From NCBI RefSeq assembly GCF_009914755.1, contig NC_060934.1: a stretch of DNA of 64,000 nucleotides. One strand, written 5' to 3'. The position numbers were made by a program, and so were the translations under genes. Each line of letters opens with the position of its first letter. Positions within the stretch are counted from its first letter, which is position 1. This DNA comes from the human T2T-CHM13v2.0 reference genome, Homo sapiens. The notes beneath the pieces were generated by a model. The model searched no databases. It saw only the letters and a list, made by a program, of their open reading frames with translations, and was not told where the DNA came from. Of this stretch, positions 13,901 to 27,466 are shown piece after piece.

Positions 13901-16900
13901 CATTTTCCTTCAACTCCACCCTCCCCTCCCCGAGTCCACAGACACACACCCACCCACACGCCTCTTCCCTTCCCCTCCACCCTCAGTCAGCGGCAGAGTC
14001 AGTCCATCCAATAGGCAGGAGCCCAAAAGACTGTCCACGGACAGCTGTCCTCTCGCCCAGGAGAGTGGGGCTGCACACAGCAGCAGGCCCAGGAGGAAAT
14101 CGTGCTTTGATAGCCCCAGGCATCGTATTTCATCGTATTTCACAAGTGAGCCAAATGGAGAAGGGATTAGCTGTTTCACCCAATAAGCCCACATCTGTAG
14201 TTACATTCTGACTGGGATAAAATTACCCTGGTTATTAATCCTTCTGCTTTAGGGCATAAGCTGATCACCAGCTGGGGTCAGGAAAAAACTCCACCCCAGC
14301 TCCTTCCAACTTGCTCCCCCATCCTCAGCTGCTCCATTTCCTGTGGTCTATTCTTGCACAGTTAGGTCTACAAGCCAGGTTCAAGGCCACCAACTGAGGC
14401 ACCTGTCCCGAGACAGGACCATTCTAATCTGCCCTGAAAAGGACATCCCATTGATCATGTAAGTATGTACTGAGAATCTACTGTGGGCAAGACATTGGTC
14501 TTCGCTGTGGGAGATACAAAAACCATTCAGGCATGGCCCTTGCCTTTTTCATGCCAAGAAAAGCTGAAGTGTGTGGTCAGAAATTGCATGTGGTTTCTGG
14601 GACTTACTGCCCTGAAGCACCCTGGGTGTATCGGATGGCCTCAGGGAACACAGTTTGGGTATGGGCAGTATTTTCATGCCCATTGCCATTCCCTTCTGCC
14701 TCAAGTGTATGTGGGCTTTCCCTGCAGTCAGCCAGCAGGCCAGGCCAGGGTGGCTTTGTTTCTGTCTCTGACCCTTTCTCTTCAGACTCCAAATCTGCAG
14801 GTGCTGGAGACTTTGAAGGAGTCTCCGTTTCCCTTGGTAGAAACAAGAGGTAGGAACAAGCAGGTGGAAAGCCAGGGTTACTCCTTCCAGCCAATGGGTC
14901 TGGGGCTGCAGCACACAAAGTTGACATCCCGAAAGGCCATTTTCCTCGATCGCTTCAGACCTGGCATTGGGTGGACAGACCACATGATTCAGCATCCAAA
15001 TTGGAGATCTCTCAATAACAGAAAGAGGTGCCATTGATAATTTCGTGGAACTTTCCTGAGCACACCAGGGTGTGCTCATTCTTCCTGAGGGGTCATCTCC
15101 CTTGGGCATCGTAAGAGGCACCACTGAGACACAACAGCTTTTGTCACCATTTCCCAATTGTGTCCCAAGCTCTCTGTCCTCTTCCCTGTGCTGGTCATCT
15201 CACAGTCTTCTTCTGCAGGTAGATCCCCCCTACTTCAGCCCTTCCTCCCACCTCAGCTCCTTTGTTCCCGCTGCCATGCCCAGAACAACCTATATTTCCA
15301 CTCTCCAACCTTGGATCAACCCAACTGTGTTTTCACGCTACTATGTCCAGGATACTGGATGATACTAGAGATAGCCATCAGTAACATTCATTACATGAAT
15401 AAGTCTGGGTTGATCCTGTGACACAGTTATGCCTTCTACCCTCTGCTGCTTCTCAACATTGCTCAGTCCTTATGTTGGTGTTCTCATTTCACATGATAGA
15501 GTTCCAAACCTTTTGTAGCCCGAATCGTCATCTATCCCCTAATTCTTGGAAAAGACCCTAACTTCACCAATAGCAACAACAATCAAAACCAACTGAACAA
15601 ACAAAAAAATACTTAAGATACGAACCTCTCAGATTTTCTGAACTCTCCACCTCCAGACTAAATTTGTGGATGGATACCTATCTGTTGACCAGACCCTCCC
15701 TCTTCAATGAAAACTGCCTCTCCTTCCACTCCATCTGTGAGGCACCCTTGGATGCTGACATGTGCTTACATAGGACTTCCTGTCCACAGCCAGAATTAGC
15801 CAGAATTCACTGACCCATGGTTGGACTCCTAAAATACTCAAGATGAGAGACATGTTACTTTCTTTACTATAGTAACTATCAAATGCATCCCATAACCTTA
15901 TGTTGTAAATGTCAAATATGCACAATAAAATTTATTTGAAAAAATAAAGCTGGAAAATTGAAAGTAATGAATGTTCAGTTAAAATCTGCAAACAAGCTAA
16001 TAAATAAATACTCAAGATGGCCCAGTGACAGCCTTTCTCTAGAGTTTTTGATTTGAGGCCAAGAAGGTTAGTGCAGCCTTTCTCCCATGGCTGTCACTGT
16101 GAAGATAAACATTTGGGAATTGATGGCAGCCTTGTTTCTCCACCAGGCTGAAGAAACTAGGACCTGCGGGGGCTGAGACTGGAGTGAAACAGATGTGAAG
16201 AGAAAAGTCCTGGGTCCAGGTGGTCCTGGGGCCCAGCCATGCTCTTGTTTTTTTTTTTTTTTTTTTGTTTGTTTGTTTGTTTTGTTTTAATAGATTTAAA
16301 TTGGTTCCTGCCAGGTACAGTCAAAGGCCTTTTTACCTGCTTCTCAGAGAATTTCCCTCCGCCTGCCTGTGGCTAATTCCTTCTCCTGCACCCTTGGTTC
16401 AGCCTCACCTGGCGACCCTTGTTCCATCACTTCCACCACTTCTCTAGAATCTTCAGTCATTTCAGCAATACATATGTTCATCTTCCTGCCCAAAAACTGA
16501 ATAAGCAAAGACTTTCTTTCATCTCTGACCCTCTTCAACTTCTGCCCTTCCCTTCTACTCACTATCTCTATTTTCTCACCTCCTACTTAATGCCCAATCT
16601 GCTGCTGCTATCTTGCTCCATTTCTTCTTCCTATTTTCCTGAGGCTACTCTCTTGACAGGGAGTGCATTGCAGAATATGTCCAATTTCTTGTGTTTATGT
16701 TACTTGTCTGCAGCATCTGGCATCAGTAACCACCTCCTCTTTCTCAAAACTCCCACTGCACTTGATGGTTTTCCTGCTGGTTCTTGACCTGATGCAGAAA
16801 AGCTTGACCTGCAGAAGCTGTACTAGAAGCAATCAGGATCTAAAGCTCTAGACTTTTCCAACCTGCCTCTCATTGCCATAAAAATGCAACTGGCCTGTGT

Positions 16901-17492
16901 CTCCTCTCCTGGTGCACTGCTAAGGGAGGGCTGACTGATCTAATGAGATTACTGGAGCTAAGGCATTCACAGGTGAGTTATTTTGATATTTTAATAACAG
17001 CTCTCAAGACTTAGCTCAGTATCTCTCAAAGTTGGATTACAGTGGAAGGGAGTGGTGGGGAGCCGGTATAGGATGGAAGAAAGGGTTGAGAATATATTGT
17101 TGAGAGTCTAAGAGTTTTTGAGACATTTAATTTTTGTATTTTCACTTTAATGTTAATCAGTGCTTGATCATGCATTTTAATTTGCCATTCCACTGGCACC
17201 CAAGTAATCACCAACTTTTGGTGCAATATTTCAAAACTGGGGTGTAATCTCAAAGATTCAGATAATTTTTTTCTTCTAACATGAATTGCTTTGTTCCTCA
17301 AATTGGGAAGTACTAACTTAAGTACTTAAGGCATTGTAGGAATGCGAGTGTTGTCTATGTATCTGGCAGCATCAAGAGGAGAGACACAGAAATGTAAGAC
17401 CTAAGTCCTGCCCTCAAAAACCCACATGCTCATTGGAAAAACAACACAGAAACACTTAAAAAATGAAATTCAAGCATGAAGTAACAGCGTGA

Positions 17493-17812
<320 letters not shown>

Positions 17813-18224
17813 AGTGGCATGTTATTAAGAGATGTGGATACCAGTTTCTCCAGGAGATCACAGAGCTTTCCCTGTAGGAGTAATCAATGGAGGCATCCTT
17901 GTTGGGGAAGGGTCTTGGTGGTAGATGCTGGTCTGAAAATTGACCAAGGCCTTAAGTAAAAGTTAGGAGCTGTATTTCCAGAGTAGAAAAAGAGAGAGAC
18001 AGAGAGAGAGAGAGAGGGAGATTCTAGGCGTGAAGAAAGCCCAAGAGCTCACAAAATCTTGAGCTTGGGATAGAAATCAGACTGGACCAAGTGGAGGGTT
18101 ATAGTGGACACTGCTCATTTAACAAAATATTTTGTTTATAAATTTATTATTTGATGTTTTAAAAACGTATCAAGAAAACATTATGGGCAAAATCAGAACA
18201 CAGTTGGACTTCCTTACATTTATG

Positions 18225-19415
18225 TTATTTTTTTTCCTTTTTTCAATTGATACACATATTTGTACATATTTATGGAGTACATGTGATATTTTGTTACATG
18301 CATGGAATGTGGAATGATCAAGTCAAGGTATTTAGGGTAGACATCACCTCAAGTATTTATCATTTTTATATGTTGGGAACATGTCAAGTTCTCTCTTCTA
18401 GCTATTTTGAACTAGACAATACGTTGTTACTGACTATAGCACCCCACTGTGGTATAGAACATTAGAACTTATTCCTCCTATCTAACTGTATGTACCCACC
18501 AACTAAGCACTCTCTTAATCCCCTTCCCCACCAGCACACCTTCGCAGCATCTGGTATCTATCATTCTCCTCTCTACCTCCATAAGATCAACTTTTTTTAG
18601 CTTCCATATATGAGTGAGAACTTGCAATGTTTGTCTTTCTCTGACAGCCTTATTTCACTTAACATAATGACCTCCAGTTCCATTCATGTTGCTACAAATG
18701 ACAAGATTTTATTCCTTTTTTATGGCCAAATAGTATTCTATTTGTGTATTTATATCACATTTTTAATCCATTTGTCCATTGATGGACACTTAGGTTGATC
18801 CCCTATCTTTGCTATTGTGAATAGTGCTGTCGTAAACTGGGAGCACAGGTATGCTGTGATGTACTGAACTCCTTTCCTTTAGAAAAATACCCCATAGTGG
18901 GATTGCTGGGTCATATGGTAGTTCTATTTTTAGTTTTTTGAGAAATCTCCGTACTGTTTTCCATAATGGCTGTACTAATTTAGATTCTCACCAACAGATC
19001 CTTGCCAGCATCTGTTACTATTTTTTTTTTGTCTTTTTAATAGTAGCCATTCTAACGGGGGTAAGAAAATGTCTCATTGTGGATTTCGATTTGCATTTCC
19101 CTGATGATTAGTGATGTTGAGCATTTTTTCATGTACCTGTTGGCCATTTGTATGTCTTCTTTTGAGAAATGTCTATTCATGTCCTTTGCTCACTTTTTAA
19201 TGGGATTATATGGGTTTTTTTTCAACTGTTGGGTTGTTTGAGTTCCTTGTACATTCTGGATATTAGTCCTTTGTCACATTAATAGTTTGCAAATATTTTC
19301 TCCAATTCACCAGGCTGTCTCTTCACACTGTTGATTGTGTGTAGATGCTGTGCAGAAGCTATTTAGTTCAACATAGTCCCATTTGTCTAGTGTTGTTTTT
19401 GTTGCCTATGCTTGT
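18225..19415 (-). mobile_element. L1MA-type 3' fragment
   Basis: Antisense L1 3'UTR and ORF2 end (ATGAGTGAGAAC, CTCATTGTGGATTTCGATTTGCATTTCCCTGATG). Confidence 0.92.
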
Positions 19416-20406
19416 GATCCTGTTTTATATTTATGGAGGATAGAGGTGAGACATCATAATCATATCAGTGTTAAGGACCTTGAAAGGTTGAATGCAGATC
19501 TTTAGTAGCACATAAAGCTGGGACTATATTTTGGAAGACTTGAATTCCAAGTGAAGCAGTTGGACCTTGCATATCTTGATGTGCAAAGGGCTTTGAGGAC
19601 AATGACTACCTCAAGTTCTCTGGGTCTCTGGAGAAAAATATTTCTGATTTTACATACCTAGTCTAATATTGGATTTCGTATCTTTTACTGCATAGTGTAC
19701 ATTTTAAAAACTACATATGTAAGAGTTTTCTGGTGGTAGAAATTATGCCTCTTTGTTTCATTACTCTTGTTCATTGGTATTAGTTGGAAGAGATAATGTC
19801 CCTTTAAGTGCAAACCCTCCCTTGAAGAATAAATCCTAAAACAACTGGTGATGTTTATTGCTTCTGTTAGCTTGATAATCTTAAGACAATCTTGATGCCA
19901 TTTACACAACTTTTTCATTCCTCCATGTTACCGGGACACTACTTAGCCATTATGGGTTGTTACATTGTGCTTAGGATGGTGAAGATCTGACAACATGGTG
20001 TCCTGAGTCACACATATCTGTAAAATGAGTGAATACATGAATAATTAGGAAGGATTCATGATAGGTTAAGATATTCCAAGATTGACATTGAGAGGGAGGT
20101 TGAAATAGATGATTGCGCAGCTCTCTTCCAGCTCTAAGAATTTTCCTTGTGTTGAGGAAGGCGGGGAAGAGGCCATTCAATTTTCTAATGGCAGTCTCTC
20201 AAGAGAGACTGGCTTTATCCCCTTTCCCTAGAGTTTTCTTAAAAAGATACCACCACCCTTCTTAGTAGTATATTTCAGTTTCTCCACCTTCAGAGAAAAA
20301 ATTTGTTCTAATGGCCAACTCAACTCCCTCAAACCACAGTTTAAGCCCATCCTATCTGCCTGGTTCTTCAATGACAACAATTCATCTCAGGGTCATGGTA
20401 AGACTA

Positions 20407-20858
20407 CAGATGCTCTTCCGCTTACAATGGGGTCACCTCATAATAAACCCATCACAAGTTGAAAACACTCTAAGTAGAAAATGCATGTAGTAGATCTAAC
20501 CTACTGAACATCATAGCAGAGCCTAGCCTACCTTAAACATGCTGAGAACACTTCCATTAGCCCACAGTTAGGCAAGGTCATCTAACACAAAGTCTATTTT
20601 ATAAGAAAATGTTGAATATCTCATATAACTTATTGAATACAGTACATTGTAGAATACAGTATTGGTCATTTACCCTGATGATCGCATGGCTAACTGGGAG
20701 CTGTGCTCACCGCCACTGCCCAGCATCAAGAGAGGGTACCACGCCACATATCGCTAGCCTGGGAAAAGATCAAAAGTCAAAATTTAAGTACAATTTCTAC
20801 TGAATGCATATTGTTTTTGCACCATTGTAATGTCAAAAAATGTAAGTCAGGACTGTGT
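20407..20858 (+). mobile_element. MER47/Tigger5-family non-autonomous DNA transposon
   Basis: TA|CAGATGCTC...CTTACAATGGGG start; CATCATAGC...CCTAGCCTACCTTAAAC core; terminal TGTA. Confidence 0.75.
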
Positions 20859-23597
20859 ATTGCTAAAGCCAACCTAAGATTAAAATCCACAGAAGGACTT
20901 GATGGAGAGGAAGGGGAGGCATTTACAGAAAAGCCATTCAAGGTGATGCGGTTCTGCAGGAGGCTGAGGAGCCCCAGGGATTCACTAAGAAACAGTAATC
21001 ACATTGAGCACCGCAGATCGCCAGGCTGGCGTCACTGCCCAGAGCATGGCCCGAATGAAGGTGGATTGCTTCAATTATCTGGGCATCTTGATGAATGGGC
21101 ACTGCACACACTCTGGGGGAGATGGGAGGAAATGAGCCAGAGATTAATCACTTATGGCATCAATGAATGAAGAGTGTTTAGAGTCTGTGGTAGCCAGAGG
21201 GACAACAGGTTCACAAAAGCAGAGAGGAACCTAGAGTAATCGGGCCACCATTAGGAAAAAAAGTGGGCAAATATAACACCGAGACCCATCTTTGTTAGGC
21301 TGATTTGCATAAGGGTAGTGACAATTGAAGTAGCCCAGGTAGGGATGAACAGTGGAGTTCAGTCCTGGGAAGTACCCAGGCTAGAGTATGGTCAAGGTCT
21401 GGGAGCCCCAAAGGTAACCCCAAACCAGAGAAGGAGGGTCTCAGAGGCAAAAAGAGGAAGATACCAAAAATAGGGTAAGAATGGGAAATGAGAATGAATA
21501 CAAGCAGCCTCCTGAGGGTTTCTAGAAGATAAAGCAGTGTGCAATCCCCAGCCTTTCCCAGAATTTCAACAACTGCTCATTATTAGTGGGATCTCAGTTC
21601 TTCTCTGCCCCCAAATTAGCAGGGGATGGAAGGAAAGGAAGGAAGGAAGGAGGAAAGGGAGGGAGGGCCTTAAGAAAGGGCTATGAGACGCAGCCTCACT
21701 TGGGACTGAAAGAAAATAAACCAAAGGCAGGATTTTAAACAAACACAGAGAACACAACATCAGCAATCCTAGCTGTTTGGGCTGCTGAATCCTGCAACCT
21801 TCAGCTATGGTGTGGAGACAATGGGGCAGAGGGATGCTCATTTCCCAGGTTGCTGATTGTTCAGAAACAATTCTGTGAACTTCACACAAGGAGATTTTGT
21901 TCGGAATAATAACGTTAAAAACCATTGAGAAATGGAAGGGGAACATGAATAGGAAAATAATGGTTAGATGACCTCACAGGAATGCATACCAAATGATATG
22001 GCTCACATGCAGAGAGGTGGCACTCGATTTTGACTCTAAGCTACCTAGCAGCATAAGCAATAAGGAAAATAGTTGCCAGAGCCTTCCTGTCCACAGGACA
22101 AAAACGAAGCCCTTGTTCAGAGGAAGCACAGCTTTTTCAGAGGCTGAAACCTTGGATATTTTTTTCTGGGCCAGTCTCCTCAAGAGCATCCTGCAGTGCT
22201 ACAGTCAGGAAATTTCATGTTTATGTCTTTGGACTCCACGCTGGTGATTTCAGACCCACAGCAGTAGCAATGGCAGCATTCCCGGAGGGAAAGGAACCCA
22301 AAGGTATCACTGATACCCTGCCGGACAGAGGGGCTTTTATGGCTGCTACCATTACTGCCACTTCCTCAGAACCAAGCCCCAGAATCAGAGGAGTAGCAGT
22401 GGATTCCAAAATGAAATGCCACCTATGTGGTGCCACTGTGGGAGATCTTGTTCCCAACACATAGCTTCAGCCACCCCATGGCCCAAGTCAACCCAACACA
22501 CCCCGGCACAGGAAGGATCCAATCACCTGGGAGAAAGCCCTGAATGAACCAAAGAATAACCCAGGGAAGAAACAGGTAGAAAGTAACAAAACACCCCTGA
22601 GATATTAGAAATGTCAACTCAAGAAAAGCAGCCACTAATGGTTGTAACAAAAGAAAGCAATAAGAGAAAAGGACCTGGCAGCTCCTTTCTAGATGGACGC
22701 TGGATGTATTTGTCTCCTGTGCTTCTGCCTTTGGGTAGAGAAATGCAGAAATGCAGTGCCTCAGTGGCTGGTTAGCTGGTTAGATGATGGCCCATTTTTC
22801 AGGGATTCTGGACAGGGTCCTACAGACGTTAGTGTTCAGATTTTGACTTGGACTCAATTAACCTGGGCTGAACATTTTACGTACACAGGACTGTCCTGGG
22901 TGAGCCACATGTACCAGTTTACTAATACGAAAATGGGCATTTTTATTATTCTCATTTTAAAGTTAGGAAATAGGCTCAAAGAGAGAGAGGCCTGGGAAGT
23001 ACACTGTCATTAACTGTTACATTGCCATGGCCCCTGCTGTTGCTGTTGCTGCTGCTGCTGCTGTAAGTACAGAATCATCCACTCTCTTCATTTCCCTGGT
23101 TGATGGAGACAAGTTTGGCTGTGGCTCCCTTTAATAGCCCCCTTATAATTCAAAGGAAAAAAGACTTGGCCAAGCATAAACACACCTTTCAAAACAAATA
23201 TATTGAACTAGATCACTAGATCATGAAAATGTCCATAAATTACTGCACCACAATAAGTAACTGTCTCTCCTTCCCTCTTTCCTTTCCTCCTTTGCTCCTT
23301 CCTTCCAGCCCAGGTGTCTGTGAAGTATTTACAGTAGATACAGTGTCCCCTGACCAGGCCATGAGGGGTTTGAAGCTGAGAATTACACAGTTCCTGCTCT
23401 CAAGAGCTCACACTCTGCTGGGGAGACAGAATATGTTGGGTGATTTCCACACACTTAGTGAAGTGCTGGCACAGGAGGCTGTAGGGTCAAGGAGAAATAT
23501 AGCAAACAGACATGAGACAGGGCCTGGGGAAGGAGATGCTGTGGGAGTAACCAGAGGCCAGGGTGGAAGGCCCAAGAGTTTTGGCTGGTTCCAATAG

Positions 23598-23781
23598 GGA
23601 GAGATTTTGTCTAGAGATATTTTTGGTTGATGCAATTCGGTATGTAGGTGAGGACCAAGGGAGTGCTACCAGCATCTAGTGGAAAGAGGTCGGAGATATT
23701 GCTAAACATCTTACAATGCACAGGACTGCCCCCAACAACAAAGAATTATCCAACTTGGAATGTCCAAAGTTGAGAACCCCT
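23598..23781 (+). mobile_element. MER20 hAT-Charlie fragment
   Basis: GCATCTAGTGG...GCTAAACATCTTACAATGCACAGGAC...AAAGAATTATCC...GTTGAGAACCCCTG. Confidence 0.85.
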
Positions 23782-24705
23782 GCCCTGGAGTCGGGAGGAG
23801 CCCCTGAAGCTTCTAGGCAGGGCAGTGAAAGAGTCAGATGTATTTTCAGATGTCTTGTCAATATTGGAGAAATTAGGAAACTGCTGTTTCTTTCAAGTGG
23901 AATTTGTCTAAGGGATGGCTGTTGGAGCCAGTGAGCTGAGGGTCTGGAGGGTGAGAATTCCACCCAAAGGAGCGTGGTGCCATGGCAAGTCCTGAACCAG
24001 GCATCAGGAGTCCCGGCCGGACTTCAGCTCCTCCAGCCACAGGCTGGGTGACCATGGGCAGGCATGACAACTCCCTGAGCCTCCCTTTCCTCATCTACAA
24101 AATAAAGCACAAGAACATATACTGTTCTGGCCTTATTCCTGTGTTACTGTGATACCAAATACAATCATATTTATGAAAGACAGTGAGAAAACATGGATGA
24201 ATGATATTATTGTACTATAAAGAGCATCTTTTAAGCAATTATACAATGAATATAGGCTAATTATAGCAAAGGAGAAAATACAGTTAAGCAAAAAGAGAAC
24301 AATAAAACTCACCCATCAGCCATCCATCCCTTCACCATCCAGAAGAAACACTTAACATTTAATTGTATATTGTTAGCTTTCCAGGCTTGTGTGTATGTGT
24401 GTGTGTAATTTTTCATTTAAAAATCAGATTATGCTTTCCCCACAAATAGGCATTACAAATAGCATGTCACATCACTAAATTGTTTCTACACTATTATTTT
24501 GACACAGAGTGTCCTCTGTTGTTAGATTGTTGTGTCATTTTCAAATGTCCCACATTGCCAAACATTGCTGGGAGTTACATCTCCTTATGGGTTTTAATTA
24601 AATTAAAGTGAAAGATGTGGAGCTGAGAAATGCCTTACATTGGGGCACACAGCACAGCCAGCACCCAGACCTGGCCCTGTGCCCTCACGGCTGCTGGTAG
24701 GAACT

Positions 24706-25397
24706 GTAGGAGTAAAGAGAATTTTCCCTCCCCTCTGAAGGTTTAATCTACTGAAATAAACAGACAATAGACAGATTAACAGAAAAAGCATACAAACGTA
24801 TTAATGTGCAGAAGCACAGGAGCTGTACAAAATACGAGTCTCGAGGGAAGGGTCAGATGGTTGAGGCTTAACTACCCTCTTCATAGGGAAGAGGGAAGAA
24901 AGGGGATATAGGCAATTTTGAGAAATAGTAAATGATTTGTAAGGGAATTGAATGAGCCCAAAGAACAGACAATGGCCTGGGACAGTGTTCCTCTGAGCTC
25001 TGGGGAGGTAGTGGGAAGGTAAGGGGCAGAACTGCACTGTGAACAGAGGTTGTCTTATTATGCAGATAAAGTCTCCCAGGAGTTTTCCTCAGAAGAACAG
25101 ATGACATATCTATCTGGGTGTGATGACTTCAGGTCTTTTCTCTTGTGGTCACTCTTTCCTGGTTATTTGATAAGATTTCTAGGGAGGGAATCTTAAGACA
25201 GTTGTATTTCTTTTGGAAGAAGATTTTTCTCAGTCAGATAAGGGAACTTCCAGAGAGAGAGAGTCCCTCCGTGTGCTTAGGGGAGGAAGGTTAAAAGATC
25301 CTTTGTTCTGAGGCTTGAAGTCTAAGGCCTTTTGATTTCCTTCAGTTCAAAGTGCTCAGTAGCCCAAAGCACCATAGTTTGGGGTATTGTTTTCAGA
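24706..25397 (-). mobile_element. ERV1 LTR (MER34-like)
   Basis: ACAATAGACAGATTAACAG...GTCTTATTATGCAGATAAAGTCTC...AAAGCACCATAGTTTGGGGTAT motifs. Confidence 0.65.
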
Positions 25398-25431
25398 ATA
25401 TTTATGTGGGATCCTAGATTATCAGGCAAAC

Positions 25432-25590
25432 GAGGAGTAATAAATTCTTGCCACCTCCCCCCCTGAAGATTCAAGTTTACTGAACTAAACTGACAATAGG
25501 CAGATTAACAGGGAAAAAGGCATACACATTTATTAACTTGCGTAAGCACAGGAGCCATACAAAATGTGAGACTCAAGGAAGGGTTAGATG
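25432..25590 (-). mobile_element. Second partial copy of the same LTR family
   Basis: Diverged homolog of 24709-24860. Confidence 0.65.
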
Positions 25591-25699
25591 TTGTGCTTGT
25601 ACCTTTGTCATTGTAATTTTGCTTCCTGTTTAAGAACTGGGGGAAAGGTAGGCAGGTGGTTCACCTGGAGAGGCACCTGATGCATTTCAGAAGCCCTGG

Positions 25700-25850
25700 A
25701 TGGAAGGAGAGGGACAAGGGTTGAAAATATACTTGTCAGGTACTATGTTGACTTCTTGAGCAACAAGATCATTAGAAGCTCAAACCTCAGTATTGCACAG
25801 TATACCCATGTAACATGTACCCTGGAATCTAAAATAGAACATAAATAACT
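25700..25850 (+). mobile_element. L1P 3' end fragment
   Basis: AAACCTCAGTATTGCACAGTATACCCATGTAACATGTACCC...ATCTAAAATA. Confidence 0.7.
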
Positions 25851-27427
25851 GAAAAAGCTCCACAAATGTCCCCTAAAACCCATCTCAGTAGCCCCAGCTG
25901 AGGCCACATCACCAAAGCTCAGCTAACTGAGAATGGTGTGCCTATTACTTGCTTTACTTCAGCGGTTAACCCAATGACTTAGAAGCTACAACAACATAAT
26001 GACTGCAGCATCCTTCATCTAGGAAGGGGCTGAGCTGACCCAGCATTGGGGTGGATTGACACTGCTCCACCCACACTCTCTGGACCACTTTCCCTTGTGG
26101 CTGATGGCAGAGGGCTGGAAGATGGAGGCCCCCATTGGCCTCATGTTAGGACTCAAGAAACTTGTAGTTCATCTGTCCCAGAGACAAATTTGAAATACGA
26201 TAGAAGCTCCATTGCAGTACTCTGTGGGCCAGCAAAACAACAACAGCAACAACAAAACAGCAATCACCCAAATGTCCAAAACAAAAGGGGGGACTCTTAT
26301 CTAGGATACATTGATTTCCTAGAATATCAATTTCTCATTTTAAATGATAATTGTTAAGACTATACAACCACATCTAAAATTCTTATGAAATCTTATTTTC
26401 ATACTAAGACAAACAAGGCACACAATTTTATAGAGAATAAAACTACTACTGTGTTTAAAATTGCATTTGTATATGAAAAGGGAAATAGTTGCAGCAGCTC
26501 TATTAGGTGGAATGGGGAGACTTTTTCCTCTTTTTTTCTAAATGTTCTGTAATGTGGTTATGATTGCACAGTGACTGTAAGTGTGTTTGTGTATGTGTTT
26601 GTGTAAATGTGCAAGGAGCTAAGTTCTGGGTCCTCTCTTTGCACATCCACACCCTGTGGGCTCGGTACTTGTCTCCTTCAGACCAGCACTGAGGGCTGGG
26701 CACCTACCCCAGATCCCAATCCTGCCCTCCCATTAGCAAGGCATCCCAGGGAAGAGATACAGAAAAACAGGCAGGGAGGAAGAGGGAGGGGACATAGGGA
26801 CATGGAACAAGGGAGGGGCAGAGAAAGAATGGAGGTGGAGGCTGAGGGGAGGGGAGCAGCTGGGCCTCACCAGGGGTGTCACTCAGTTGAGGAGGTGACC
26901 AGGGAAGTCCCAGCAAGGAGCAGTATGTCCCCAAGAAGCCTGCTTATGCTGTCCTCGGAGATCACACCTGGCCTGACAGTCCCAAGATTGAAATACTGAA
27001 ATTTTCTCCCTGTAGCGGCAGCTCAGAGACCAATGCAGAAGTGAATACCCAACTGGGTTCCATAACTCCTACTGGGGTAAACCACTCCAGTTTCACAGAC
27101 ACAGCTGGGACCACCCCAGGCTAGTCCTGATTTCCTGAGGTCCTCTGTCCACCAGAGGCCCCTGTGCCCTCCACCTGGATCCAGACCAGGCAGGAAGAGC
27201 AGGGAATCTTCTGAAGGCCAATGTCTGCATGCTGGGAGCCCTTAGCTGAATCTAATGAACTCTAGAATCTTCCCACTCACTTGGACACAACTGCTTGGGA
27301 GGCCCCCACACCAGCTCCAAGAGGCCCCTCTCTGCAGGTGGGCCCTGAGGTGGGCAGGGTGGATGGGGAAAGCATTGTTCCCTTGGCTCCAACTTGGGCT
27401 GGCATTTCTGGAAGTTGGTGTGTGGAC

Positions 27428-27430
<3 letters not shown>

Positions 27431-27464
<34 letters not shown>
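27431..27464 (+). repeat. (TG)17 microsatellite
   Basis: Read directly from the sequence. Confidence 0.98.

Positions 27465-27466
<2 letters not shown>

Noticed and set aside
14483-15157. Overlapping 184-aa and 202-aa ORFs on opposite strands
   Set aside because: No recognisable homology; overlapping frames in moderately GC-rich DNA are expected by chance
22261-22358. GGTATCACTGATACC palindrome centred between weak outer inverted repeats
   Set aside because: The intervening arms do not pair; 7-bp arms are expected by chance
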